Of a DNA stretch of 64,000 nucleotides, positions 36,901 to 50,567 are shown in pieces. The notes under the pieces are model-generated. The model ran no database searches. It was not told the DNA's origin and was given only the letters and a program-made list of their open reading frames with translations. A program made the position numbers and the translations under genes. The stretch lies in contig NC_068994.1 in assembly GCF_001194135.2 (NCBI RefSeq), positions 59,306,641 through 59,370,640 on the forward strand. The letters run 5' to 3'. Source of the stretch: Octopus bimaculoides. Its lineage: Eukaryota. How positions within the stretch are numbered: position 1 is the stretch's first letter; each line of letters starts with the position of its first letter.

Positions 36901-39900
36901 GAAGAACATGAAGAGGAGGTTTTCATTCATGGTTTCATCATCATCGTTTAACGTCTGCTTTCCATGCTAGCATGGGTTGGACGGTTTGACTGAGGGCTGG
37001 CAAGCCGGAATGCTGCACCAGGCACCAATCTGATCTGGCAGAGTTTCTACAGTTGGATGCTTAAAAAAAAGATATATCTGAAACTGTTAATGTTGAGCTC
37101 CAGATTGGTCCCCAAAAAAGAGAACAAAACACACCTATCACTAAAGGCCTTCCAGCCATGCCTTGTCCATCATTTGATACATCCTGGATTACATTATTCA
37201 ATCTGCTCTTTTTTTTCTTGAAATGGTAGGTGCAATTTAGGATAGGTTTGGCTGCTAATATCAGCAGGTCAAACATCTGCATGGCAGCTCTCTCGGCTCA
37301 TATTTGAAACTAATTTCTGTGCTTTTAGCCATTTAAATTCAGATATGAAATAGAAAACTCGAAATATCTGTTTAATTATATCATTAACAAAAAATAATCC
37401 TATGTTTTGCAGAACCAGATGTCTACCAACTGATTCTGCCTCACAGACCAGATCCAACGGTCTTAGCAAGTGATGTTTCATATCTTCGTTCTATCATGGA
37501 TCAGATACCACATTTAAAGGGGACGAAACTGCTGGGGCCTGATGTCACTAATCAATGTGTTACTCAACCGTCATATAAAAATTTCTTTAAAAAGTAAGTT
37601 TTTTTGATAAAATTCTGTTAGATTTTTAAGATTATTTTACAGATTTAATCTTTCATCTTTTACTTGTTTCATTCATTAGACTGTGGCCATACTGGGGCAC
37701 CGCCTTGAAGAATTTTTAGTTGAATAAATTGACCACAGGACTTGTTTTTTAAAAGCCTAATATTTATTCTATTGGTCCCTTTTGCTGAATCGCTAGGTCC
37801 TGAAGATGTAAATTCATGAACACTAGTTATCAAGCAGTGGGCAGGTAGACAAACACATACACACACACACAATACGCTTCTTTCAGTTACTGTCTAACAA
37901 CTCCATTCACAAGGCTTCGGTTGACCTGAGGCTATTAATTAAAAGACACTTGCTCAAGGTGCCATGCAGGGGGACTGAACCCAGAACCATGTGTTTGGGA
38001 AGCAAACTTCTTACCACACAGCTACACCTGCACCTTAATGTTATATAGAGTAAAATATGTTGATTATTATTAGAAATGTTACCAGCTAATTTGCATGTAT
38101 CAATTGTTCTTTTAATACAGGTTCACTATCAGTTTTCTGGCAGCCATTGATCTGCTCCTCCCTCTTTTAATTCAGACTTGATTATGTGAGGTACTTAAAA
38201 TTTCCCATGACCATTACTAACGTGCATTCCACAATGAAGCCTTCATGGCACACATTCACTAGTATCGTATCATGAAGGTGGAAACACTTCCCCCTTTAAT
38301 AATATCATGTGGTCATGTGATTGATCAAACTATTGGATGTTGTTATACATCACTGGTTACAGTGCACTTTGCATCATTTTTTAAGCTTTCAAATGATGCT
38401 ACTCAGCAGCTGGCTAGGTAACCAGCCTAATCGGAAGAGGGTCGTCCGTCGCAGGGTTGGCACCCATTTACAGCCGAGTGGACTGGAGCACCATGAAGAG
38501 AAGTGTTTTGGCCAAGAGTACAATGCATTGCTTGATCTTGCCCCAGCTGAGCTTTCAATCATTTACTGATCAGATCGGAATCAACTTGCTGCCACACCTT
38601 ATTCCAGATGAATCTAGAAGCAGCATTTATCTTGATAAAATCATATCGCTTCACACTTCACTTTTCACTCTATTCTACACCCCCCCCCAACCTTGAACCT
38701 TTGATAAATAGCAGCTAAATCTCCTTCAAACTACACTCTACTCTTTAAAAAGAGAATCATTTGATAATACAGTCTTAGATACCCTTTACCTGAAAAATAA
38801 AGAGACTGGATTGTCATGTCTGGGATGCCTTTGATTAGTTCTTAGGTCTACCAGATCATGGACGATCTGGGAACTAAACAACATCTGATCCTTTGACCCC
38901 CATCCTCCTGATGGAGAGACATTCTTTTCATTTAATCCAAGCACTGATTATTGGTTTCACGTTTTGGCACAAGGCCAGCAATTTCAGGGGAGGAAGTATG
39001 TTGATTACATCGCCCCCCCCCTTTCGTTACTCAACTGGTACTTATTTTATCAGCCCCATGACAAGCAAGACTGACCTTGGCAGAATTTGAACTGAGAATG
39101 TAAAATTGGAAGACACGCCTCTAAGCATTTTACTCGGTCTGCTAATGACTGTGCCAGTTTACCAAACTGTAATTCTTGCAATCGCAACAACAAAAAATGG
39201 TCATTTCATCTCCAGCAATGCCACCTTTTGTTAAAAATACTGTCAAAATTGTAAATGAATTGAATTCCTCAAACATATTTTGTTTTATTCTTTTTTGTTT
39301 TTTATTTGACAGATACCTGGATGCAGCCCACACTTTCTTGGATGCTGTTACCCTACATCAGTATGTTATTGAACTTGTCTTATATTCTTAGCATTTTAAG
39401 GTCTGTAATTTCATGGATGGATGATATTTGGATTATGCACGATGACGATATATTTATATCATTTAATGTACTCGGTATTTAATTAAGAGCTTCTAATAAT
39501 TTCTAACCATTAAGACTTGTGGTTATCCAGGATCTATAATGGGCCTTGTGTCTCCAAGCAACATTTGGGCTTTGAACTCATGGGTTGTTCTATTTGAAAA
39601 TTATGATGCAAATACATGAGAAACGACAAAAGACGAGGAGAAGGTAAATGCAAAAGAGTTGAATTAGAAGAAAGAGGTGGGGGGTGAAATCAGAAAAAAG
39701 AAGGGAAAGAAAATGAGAGTTACGTCCCCTTTGACTGTAGACTTAAAACCCAGTAAAACCTAAAATCAGTTTAGTTGCCCCCTGAAACAGTTTCTTAAAC
39801 ATTCCTGTTTTCTTCCAGATATTATCTTGATGGCAAATATGCCAAACTTTGGGAGTTTTACGATATAGCAGTTATGGACAGGTTGGAAAATGAACTTGCT

Positions 39901-42900
39901 TCAGCCAATGATATTTTGAGAAAGCATGCTCCAGGAAAGAAACTTTGGCTTGGAGAAACCAGTGCAGCCTGGGATTCTGGTTCTGTTAATGTCTCCAATT
40001 CATTTGTGGCTGGATTTTTGTAAGTTATTTTTTAAAGATTTCTGGTAATTCTTTTATTTATTCTCTTTTCATTTTTGGCATTCATTGAAAGCAGTGCTTC
40101 AGCATGGCCTCAGCTCTAACAACTAAAACAGACTAAAGGTATGTCATATAAAAACCAAGTATGGAATCAACAAGAGAATTTTCACATTCTTGTTGAGTCT
40201 GCTAAAAACAATAGCTAATTGTCTCTCATTAGATAATGTTGTCCTGCAAACTTGTAAAACTATGGGATGGTCATGGCTGGAATAACTTTGATCATAGGTC
40301 AGGAATGACCTAATTCTAAACAACAACAACAAGTGGTGCTCAAGCATAGCCACAGCTGAACGGAGAAACAGCTTAATTGGCCGTGTATTGATCGGTTACA
40401 TATATTAAGGCAGTAAGCTGGCAGAATCGTTAGCATGTTGCGCAAATTGTTTAGTGGCATTTCACGTGTTTGTATGTTCAGAGTTCAAATTCTGCTAAGG
40501 TTGAATTTGCCTTTCATCTTTTTGGGATCAATAAAATGAGTACCGGTTGTGTACTGGGATAAATGTAATTGACCTTCCGTACTCCCCCGAAGTTGCTGGC
40601 CTTGTGTCAAAATTTGAAATCAATATTTCATATATTATTAGACATTGAATAAATTATATGGGAATCATTTTCTGTCTTTCTGAAGTACAAATCTCATTGA
40701 TTTTATTCTGCAAGTCACAAAGAGTTGATAATCAAAGAAGTATTGATTATTAATTGTTGAGTTTAATTTCTAAACATTTTATCTTGTAGGTGGTTGGATA
40801 AACTTGGATTAGCTGCTAAATACGGAGTTGAAATTGTGATGAGACAAGACTTCTATGGTGGAAACTATGGACTAATCCAGTTTAAGAATCTGGATCCAAA
40901 CCCAGTAAGTGATTGAAGGAATTAAAACTGACAGTCCACTGGTTACGACAATGAGGGTTCCAGTTGATCTGATCAACGGAACAATCTGCTCATGAAATTA
41001 ACATTCAAATGGCTGAGTGCTCTACTGAAATATGTTACTCTTAGCGTGTTTCTCAGGGAGATTTAGAATGACACAGAGTGCAACGAAGCTGACCCTTTGA
41101 CATATGAATACAACTCATTTTTGCCAGTTGAATGGACTGGAGCAAGATGAAATAGAGTGTCTTACTCAAGGGCACAAGACACTGCTTGGTATCGAATTCA
41201 TGACCTTGTGGTTGTAAGCTGGACACTTTGACCACTTGGCCACATATGCCAACATTGTATTTAAAACAATGTCTTCATGGCATATCTATCAATTGTTATG
41301 GCTGGTGTCTGACTGTTGTCCGCATCAATTTTTTCAGACAATTTGAGCCTTACAAGTCAACTGATGGACTTGTGTAGTTGTCAAATAGTAACAAAGACAT
41401 TGAAAGAGGCCACTCAAAAGTCCTTCAAGATGATAGGAAAACAATTTGGACCCAAATAAAAGAGTAGGGTGGAAGTGGATTGTGACCAGTGAGGAATCAG
41501 GACATCTAATTCCTACAATGTCATCCCTTTGTTATTTCTGCAATGTTACTCTATGTTCACTGTTGTATCTCTTTTTTGTTTTGAGATTTCCTGAAATTTT
41601 TATTTTAAATTTAAAAGAAAATGAAGTTTATAATATTTTAGGTCAATAAATTTCTAGATACAGGCACCAATACTATTCAACAGTTTTACTGACTTCAACC
41701 GAGTGAAATCGTAGTCATGGCTGATGCTAGTGCCATCTGATTGGCACCCATGCTGGTGTCATGTAAAAAAGCACCCTTCGAGCGTTGGGCCTCACGGAGG
41801 CAGTAACAGGTGTCCAAGACCCTTGGCAATATACCATGCTTGTGTTGACCTGCCAAGCCAAGCGAGACCATAGCTGTGGCCGATGCCAGTGTCAGATCAA
41901 TGGCACTAGTGCCGGTAGCACATAAAAAATACCCACTACGCGCTTGGAGTGGTTGGCGTTAGGAAGGGCATCCAGCCATAAAAACCTTGCCAAATCAGAC
42001 TGGAACCTGGTGCAGCCCCCTGGCTTACCAGTTTTCAGTCAAACCGTCCAACCCATACCAGCATGGAAAGCAGACGTTAAATGATGATGATGATGAATTT
42101 GAAGTAAACTGTGGACCACTTCGTAACTCTTGAGTGATAATGTTAGTGTTTTGGTATTTCTGAGATGAAATGATGGGCAAGAAAGAGTTTAACCAAAGAG
42201 CTGAGGAGAAAAGAAGACCTTCTTGAAATGAGAAGTTTGAAAGGAATACACAAGATGTTAAGGATAATACATGGCTTGAGTGAGGGGATTTGAAGTGTAC
42301 CACCGAAAGCCTGATCATTGCTGCACAAGACCAGGCTCTTGTTACCAATTCAATGAAGTATAACATCTATAAAACTTCTGATACCCAGAAATGCAGACTC
42401 TGTTGAAAGAGTGTGGAAAATGTGACCCACTTGGTAAGTGGATGTGAGAGCCTTGCACAAAAAAAATACAAGCGCCACCACGATAAAGTGTGTGTGTATT
42501 TTCATTGGCTCTTATGCCGTAAATACCAATATGAAATAACGGAGAACTGGTATGAGAATGTACCAAGTATAGTTATGCAGGAGGATGGAAAAGTAACGAT
42601 ACTCTGGGACTATGATTTTCAGACGGATCGTGTAATCAAACACTGTCGGACGGATATTGTCATATTGAATAAGAGAGACAAGTACTGTCAGATGCAGGTT
42701 CAAAATTTAAAATACACAGAAATTCAAAATTTTAGCTGGAATATTCTGTGTTCCTTTCTAAACAAAATGACATCAATTTTCACTACTCAATAATGATGAT
42801 GATAATAATAATAATAATAATAATAATAATAGTAATAATAATAAAGTTTGGTATATTCATCATCATCATCATCATCATCGTTATAATTGTTAAGGCCATA

Positions 42901-45723
42901 AAAGACTGAATATTTCTTCTTTTTAAGGATTATTGGTTGAGTCTCTTGTTCAAGACATTGGTTGGTGGCCCAGTTTTTGAAACTGTTGCCTTAGATCCTA
43001 CAAAACATTTCAGAGTTTATACACATTGTACCAACTTACAAAGGTAATCTCACTTTCTTTTATCTTTTTGTTTTTAACCCTTTTTTCCTTACAATAAAAA
43101 TGGGATGATCACAACAGTAGCTCCCATGCTTTGGCACAAACTGTCAGAGAAACAACTAATAACAATATATGAATGACTATATTTTCTCAACTGAATAGAT
43201 TTAAGGAACTGTAGATCAGTGGAAAGAAGAAAAAAAAAAGAAGAAACATAAGAATCCATTTAAAAGAGTGAAGATGTCTTTGAGAAGAAATGTTTTCACT
43301 TCATGGTAAAACTTTATTAAAAGCCAATATTTGTTACCAGCATTTTGACCAGAACCCCACTGGTCCCCTTTAGACAATGAATTGCAGATATTCAGGCTGC
43401 GCATTGGTCACCTCAATCTCATCAGTGTGGGAGGCTTAGAAATTATTATAAGTGCTGCCCCTTTTTTACTGACTTATAAACTAATGAAAATAATCTCATT
43501 GTGTTTTAATGTCTATCTTTCATGCTGGCATGGGTTGGACAGTCTGACATGATCTGATGGGTCTGAAGACTGCATTCTGCTCCAGTGTCTGCTTTGGCAT
43601 GGTTTCTATCATTCAATGTCCTTCCTAATGCCCACCACTTTATGATTAAGACCCTCTTTAACTGAGTGGGGGCAGCTTAGTGCTACAGGAGGAAAGGTCA
43701 AAGTATAAGAAGGGGCCACAATAGGACAGGTTCCACCTATCCATAAATTATATAATGTATTTACAGTAATCCCTCGACTATTGCGGGAGTTATGTTCCAA
43801 AGCCTCCCACCGAAATAAGTAAAATCTAAAAAAATATAAATACCTATTGGCTGCAGAAACCCGGATACACTGAGGAGTCTGCGATTTAAACTTACATATA
43901 TTAGCCAGAAAAATACTGTTTAGGATTTAGCTTGGTTCCTTTACGTATTGAGTTCAAACTGTACCAGAATCAACTTGGCTTCTCAAGTATCCCCAGCGCT
44001 AATAATACAAAAACTGCTATTGCATTAGAACCACAGCTGACTGTGGTTCTAATGTAACCACAACCACCACAACAACAACAACAACATGTACATTAGAAAA
44101 AGACTTGCAAATAAACCACCTCAATATATGTTTTATTTCCGTAGGACAAAATATGGTCCTGGTGCAATAACCGTTTACTTCCTGAATGTATTTTCAAACA
44201 AAACTGTAGCCATTGATTTTCCTAAATACAGTAACCAAATTGTTCATTTGTACCTGTTGGAACCTGCAGATGAAATGGGTCTCAAGTCAAGGTAAGTGCT
44301 ACACAATTTAATCTTTTCTTGTAGAGTGATAAAGTTGTGGCCTGTATGGTTTATTGAATATTGTTTGATTAGGATATTTCACTCTATCTCACTTTGGCAA
44401 TGAAAGGTAAATTTGGTGAGATTGTGAAGATGTAGGGTCAGAGGCAAGAGATAAGTGGGAAGGGATCCTCAATCAGACTCTTCATATGCAATCCCTGTGG
44501 GTGAGTAATAGTGAGAGCAGGGATGGGCATGGTCGTACTCTGAGCTGAGAAATAGATGAAGTAATTGAGGCAGTCAGAGCATGTGACAGGATAATTAATA
44601 TGAGACTAGTTACAGGCAATTCAGAAGCGATAGCTATTTCTGCATATGCTCGACAGGCAGGGCTCCCAGAACCGAAAGATCGCTTCTTTCAGAATCTTTT
44701 GCACACTACCTCAATGATGACTGACAGTAACCTCATTATTATGGCTTTCGACTTCAATGTACAGTAGCCATCAAAATTAACCGGAAAATTTAAAAGACTA
44801 ATTGGCACGAAATAAAACCATTGCAATGATTCTTTAAATAAAAAGAATTTGTTCAATTCTTTTCTGTTGAACAAAACTGGTTTGTAGTTTCTTCCTTCGT
44901 GCTTTGGTGAAGTAGTTTTGCCTCTTGCCACCTTCACATTATTTCATGGAAATACTTATCAAGTAATTACTGAATTTATAATGAAATGTTCAGATGACAA
45001 CAATATTTGCTGTTTGTGTACATCTTCCTCATTTAACTTTCATCTTCCATGGGTTGGATCCAGTGTGTCAGAGGATTGTATTGTGCTCCACTGTCTGTTT
45101 TGACATGGTTTCTATGGCCAAATGCCCTTTCCAACACCAACCACTTTACAAAGTGTACTGGGGGGGCCTTCTTTCATAACCTTGACACTAGTGAGGTCAC
45201 CAAGTAACTCAGAAGACTAAGATCCCCTTCCACTGAATGGGGCCACCATAGAGAGGGATACAGTTTTGTACTAAGGTGATGAAAGGTTTGGAATATGAAG
45301 GAAAGGGTCCAGAACAAGATTTTGCTATGGAGGAGATACACTGCTACCAGCAATATAGAAAAATGGGATTTAAGAGAGATTTGATTGTTATTTCTAGCAA
45401 GTTAACTTTTAATTACAATTCTATGTTAATGTAAATATTATGAATGAAGTGGGAGGAAAGTTAATTAAGCCCAAAGAGAAATTGAAGAAGCACCTCTGTT
45501 GGTTTATGCTTTCAATGGTTTGACTTGTGTCGATTCTGTTTGAACTTTCAATATTTTATTTTTTAGGAATGTCAAGTTAAATGGAATCCCACTTCACTTA
45601 TTAAATAACAACCAGTTACCTTCTTTGAAGCCGAAACCACAAAAACAACCAGTCCTGATACCACCGTTAACATTTGGCTTTATTGTTCTTCCGAATGCCA
45701 AAGCAAGGCCTTGCTATATATAG
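33937..45723 (+). CDS. HPSE: Heparanase (glycoside hydrolase family 79), 497 aa, signal peptide
   Basis: Exons 33937-34145, 35361-35506, 36008-36181, 37413-37593, 39313-39360, 39819-40019, 40790-40904, 42928-43043, 44145-44291, 45567-45723; total 1494 nt, phases consistent. Motifs: [11 protein letters not shown], acid/base ELGNEP (Glu codon split across exons 3/4), LLGPD, nucleophile [24 protein letters not shown]. Confidence 0.95.
34190..34887 (-). mobile_element. SINE family C (tRNA-like head, internal microsatellite), this copy interrupted by a nested insertion
   Basis: Unit seen on + as tgtttcagtcatttgactgcggccatgctggagcaccgcc...ccactcacaaggctttgg...gacacttgcccaagg...cagtgggactgaacc...ttaccacacag. 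Other copies at approx. 9525-10095, 37665-38035, 54340-54500 (-) and 55252-55575, 61555-61710 (+). Confidence 0.8.
34586..34849 (-). mobile_element. 264-bp nested insertion, probably a 5'-truncated non-LTR retrotransposon 3' end, with 13-bp target-site duplication
   Basis: Flanked by aagcaagctactt (34573-34585) and aagcaagcttctt (34850-34862). The minus strand ends ...ccttcatggcaaatcgttaatgaaata running into the TSD to make AATAAA. Confidence 0.65.
35165..35207. repeat. Short interstitial telomere-type array (AACCCT)n decaying to AACCGT
   Basis: caaccctaaccctaaccctaaccccatgaccgtaaccgtaact in heparanase intron 1. Confidence 0.85.
42150..42790 (+). mobile_element. R4/Dong-clade non-LTR retrotransposon 3' fragment (CCHC knuckle plus start of the restriction-like endonuclease)
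   Basis: Reads [13 protein letters not shown]...[33 protein letters not shown]...[25 protein letters not shown]; abuts an (AAT)n tract at about 42791-42843. Confidence 0.8.
44575..44765 (+). mobile_element. Decayed RTE LINE AP-endonuclease fragment
   Basis: Reads DRIINMRLV...[10 protein letters not shown]...KDRFFQNLL...LIIMAFDFN (cf. ISAYAPQ...GDFN). Confidence 0.6.
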
Positions 45724-46559
45724 AAAAGGTATTGTCCTAAACCATTTAAAGAGTTCTGTGATGAAGAAGTCCTTTCTAAGCAAATATTTACACTTAATTC
45801 TTAGCTGATTCCACAAAACAATTCAACTAAATTTGTACATAACCTTCATCATGTCTACATAACATTTTTTAAAATCAATTGCCGGATCCTGCCATAGAGA
45901 TATGAAGACAATAATAAAAAAATAAACAATAAGAGATTTATAATTCTTGATAAACGCAATCTTTGTTGTTATCTATACTTGTCAAGAGTCCTTGACTCTC
46001 AACTTGCTGGTAGAATGGTACAGTAGTCAGAGTCATGAGAGTCGAGAAAATGGGAAGAGCAGAGAAGTTAGTGGGTAAAAGTCAGAGGTTTGCCTCTGTT
46101 CTCCATCACAAGGATTAGAAGTGTGGGGTGTATAGAGGGGCGAGGGGCAAAGTGACGCTTTTGAGACCAGCTCTGGGTTGTGACTTAACCCCCACAAAAG
46201 AATGAAAGCAAAGTCGACCTCAGTAGAATTTGAACTCAGAACGTAAAGACAGACAAAATACCACAAAGCATTTTGTCCGGCGTGCTAACGACTCTGCCAG
46301 CTCACTGCCTTACTTAAGCTTAATAATGACAGATATTTTATTAAATTCCTCATTATTGTCAATTAAGTGAAATAAAGGCCGCATATATCAACAGAAATAA
46401 CAAAAAGGTCAAAGCAAGAAGTACGGATTGATAGCAACCCACTTCTTTTTCTTCTTACAGAAAAAAGAAACATGGAAATGATGCAGGAAGCATATCTCCA
46501 GGATTGGTAACAAGTGCAAAATAAATGCCTTCGAAACAACCAGAGACATTGAACTGATG

Positions 46560-46720
46560 GAATATATAAAAATGGTAAAGATAGAGAGAAAGAATGTTTT
46601 AGCAAAGCTACTCAAGAAGTGAAGTAGATTTGTGAAATTCAGTTTTTCGAGTTTGTGCCAGGGTGTGGAGCCACTAATGCTCTTGTTTTTACTAAGGCAA
46701 CAATGGAACTTCTTAACCAA
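46560..46720 (+). mobile_element. Decayed RTE reverse-transcriptase fragment
   Basis: EFVPGCGATNAL resembles the QFGFMPGRGTTDAIF motif. Confidence 0.4.
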
Positions 46721-49700
46721 GGATCTTTATATTATTGAGTTGGAGAAGGCTTGTTGTCAGATGAAACCTTGATGAGGGGGCGTCTTGTGACAGCCATGAA
46801 AGTCATGTATAGGGACGTTGTGAGGAATTTAGCCTGCAGCTAGATGTCTAACAGAGCTTGGTTTTAAGCTATTTCCTGTTTTGTAGAATGTAAGGAGTTG
46901 AAGACAGATTGTAGTTCTCATTGAAGAATTAAAGAGTTCTTTATCTGAAAGAAAGGACCAGAATTGAGAGGCATGGAGATATATATTGCTGTGTTGCAAA
47001 CCAGTTTAAACTAGACCATTGTAGAAAACCAGAGATTATGATTAAAAAAAAAAAATGATGATAATGATGATGGAAGGAAAAGCAAGGTTTGTTTTCATGT
47101 TAAACACATGGGATACCTCGTTAGACTAAACTAATTAAAGCAAAGACCCAATGAGGACAAATCATAAAGTTATGTTACTTTGGAATTATTTAAATTTGTC
47201 TTGTTTTTCCTCGTGTTGCATTTAAATATGTCTCATTAGGTTTTACTAAATATTTCTTACACATTAAAATCAGTCATAGTGTTGTTATGTTGTTTCTTTA
47301 TGTCATGTCCTATTTTAAGAACAGAAATAGCTATTTTTAAATTCATTTAAATTTCAGAGAAAAAAATAAACATTAAAAATGTTTTTAATTCTTTTATTTC
47401 TCCATAATAATTTGTTAAGCAATGTTGTACAGAATCATTTAAGAGTAATATAGTCTAACATTGGAAAAAATAAAATTTGATTCAAAAAGGAAAAAAAAAA
47501 AACATATTCATAACAAAACAGAATAAACAATAGCTTTTTCTTTTTCATCTTTGAAAGATACTTAAAATTATTAATAACAAACAACCCCATTTTTGGCCCA
47601 CAATAGGAGAGAGAGAGAGAGAGAGATGAAGAAAGAAGCCTTTTTTTTTATTACCAACAACTTTATTGACAATCTAAAAATAGAATGTGTGTGTGTGTGT
47701 GTGTGGTGATCTGAATAAAATCTAATAAAAATCACTTTAATTTTCCTTGTTAACAATGGTCATTGATGATTAATATGATAATTAAGAGATGTTTTAGAAT
47801 AGGCTTAATGTAATCAAACCATTGTTTCTAACGTAATCATGGTGTTATAAGCTGATAGTTTAGTAATGTCTTGCTTAAATCTAAGTTTTGTTGATTGTTC
47901 AAAATATATATTTGTATTGTTTTATGAAATAATCTTTCTTTCTGTACTTTGAAAACTAGATAAATATCCTGATAAAAAGAGTATTATTTAATTAACATCT
48001 AATACCAATAAATTGAAAAAAAAAATGTAAGTATAGTTTTTATTAAATAAATTTAGGAAAAATATTTAAGATGAGAAACAATAATGGTATTTGCTTCTTG
48101 AAAAAGAAAATAATTTTAGAATTATTTCCCCACCAATTGAAGTCTAAGTTGAATTTTTACTTCCTTTTGTGCAAGTGATGAATAATTAATTAAAAGTTAT
48201 TCTAAATAGATTTTAAGCCATCAAATATTAAACTAAACACACACACACACACAAAATAAATCACAAAACATTTTATACGCATTGATTGAAATGTTTATCG
48301 ACAGGTAAGATGATATCACAGTATGGATTCTGAAGGTAGTCTTATAAATATCATCATCATCATATTTATTACAAGAAATGCAGCCATTCTCTCCTCCAAA
48401 GCACAGATTCGTTAACCTACTTAATAATCTAATTCTGGTGAGAAGGGGTGGGGGCGGAAATCAAAATAGACAAAACCTAATTATATGAACATTTGGATAA
48501 CTAAGACAAAGTGTTTGAAATTACTGCCAATGTTAAAGTCTGGTAAAGACTGATATTTCTAATGTTTCCAAAGTCATTAAAGAGGGACAAAAGGTCTAAG
48601 AACTATTTACAAATAAAAGGAACTTTTCAAGGTGGAAAAAAAAAAAAAAATGATTGCTGTTTTGTTACTAAATGAGATCCAACAGAAACAAGCGTCAGAT
48701 TCACTTTTTTAAAGCTCAACTGTCAACAATTTCCTGATTTGTTCTGAAAGTTTATATTTGAAAATTTTTTTTTGTTTTAAATATTGCAATATATATTGGT
48801 AAGTCATCTGTGATATTCAATATGAATTATGAAGTATCAATTTTAGATGAAATAATTAAGGTTTCCAATCCTTATTTTATAAATATAACTAATTAGACAA
48901 GGGAAACCTTGCTGTTCAAATGGCAGAATGCCTAAGAATGGTATCATGGCAATGTATCAATTAAGATGACGAAATGGAGAGATAATGCGTTCTAATTTAG
49001 GTACAAGGCCAGCAAATTTAAAGGAAGTCGGTTAGCCAGTGCCATTGAGTCCAGTATTTCACTGGTACTTTATTTTATCAACCCCAAAAAGATGAAAGAC
49101 AAAGTTGACAATGGCGAGATTTGAAACCAGAACAGAGATCCAGAAGAAATATTGCTTGGCATTTTGTCTTCCATTCTAACAATTCTAAAAGCTCATCACT
49201 GCCTTAAATAGGAAGATACCAAAACTGAATGAGATTTTGTGACTCTTGATAGAATGAAAATGAGAGTACTTATCAGATATTTATATATATGAACCAAAAT
49301 CTTTTTAAATGCTTTTAAAACACAAAAAAAGAAAAAAATTAGAATAATTTTTTTTCTTTTTCTCAACTTGGCAGAGATTCTAAATACTTTTTGCTTTAAT
49401 GAAAGAAACCAGTGATGCTGATCAACTCTGTCTCATAAAAAATGTAAGAACTGTTTTAGCAGACATGGATATGTTATTCTAAAAGATTACTAAAAACGTA
49501 AAAGCTCTTCTGTAGTAACACCTAAGAAATGAAACAGGGAGAAGAAGAATGCACTCGAAAAGAAATACCGTTTCTGAAAGAATGTCAAATAAATTATGCA
49601 TAGAAAAGGTTTAAAAAGAATAATAATAATAATAAATAAAACGTACATATCACTCCCCCTACCCGACCCCACCAAAAATCAAGATTAAGATGGAAACGAA

Positions 49701-50217
49701 GATAAATTATTTTGACTAATTTTAATGGTTATTCATATTTTCTGAACATTTACCGATTATCTCCCCCTCGCTTGCTCTTTCACCAGATGTGTGTATTCAT
49801 ATATATATTTACATACATCGCTACATTTATAGACACTCACACATTCACAATATATATATACATGTGTGTATATAAACACACACACAATCACACATACACA
49901 CACGTATTCCACACTCACATACATACCATCACCTATGTATATATATATATAAATAAACACACAGACAGATGTTTGTGAGTTTTGTGGTAGTGAGTTAACA
50001 AGTTGAGGGCGGCAGTCCAGGAGCAGAGTTTGAAAGTAGCTATTATACGTAGCAACGAGTAAGGTGCAACTAGAGAAGTCTTTGAGAGAAGCAACATCAG
50101 AATCTGACAAATCTCTTTTCTTTTTTTTGTTTCCTTAAGAAAAAAAAAATTCAGTAACATTTTCTTTTTGGAATTGAAAACTATTTCTTTTAAAAATTCT
50201 CACACATTATTTCAACC

Positions 50218-50248
<31 letters not shown>

Positions 50249-50567
50249 CATATACATATATATATATATGGACCTCTTTGTGTGTATGTGGGTGTGTGTG
50301 TAAAAGAGAATATTGGTATGAATGTGTAGATGTATGTGTGCATATATGAGTGATTATGTGTGTAATATACCTTCATATATATATATTCATGCACACACAG
50401 AGCTAAATATATACACAAATACATCTATCTACAAATATATATATATATATACATACATACATATATAAAAGGAGAGAGAGAGAGACCTATATATGTATGT
50501 ACACACACACACACACACACACACACCAAAACATACATGGACACAGATTTCTAATTAACTATTATTC

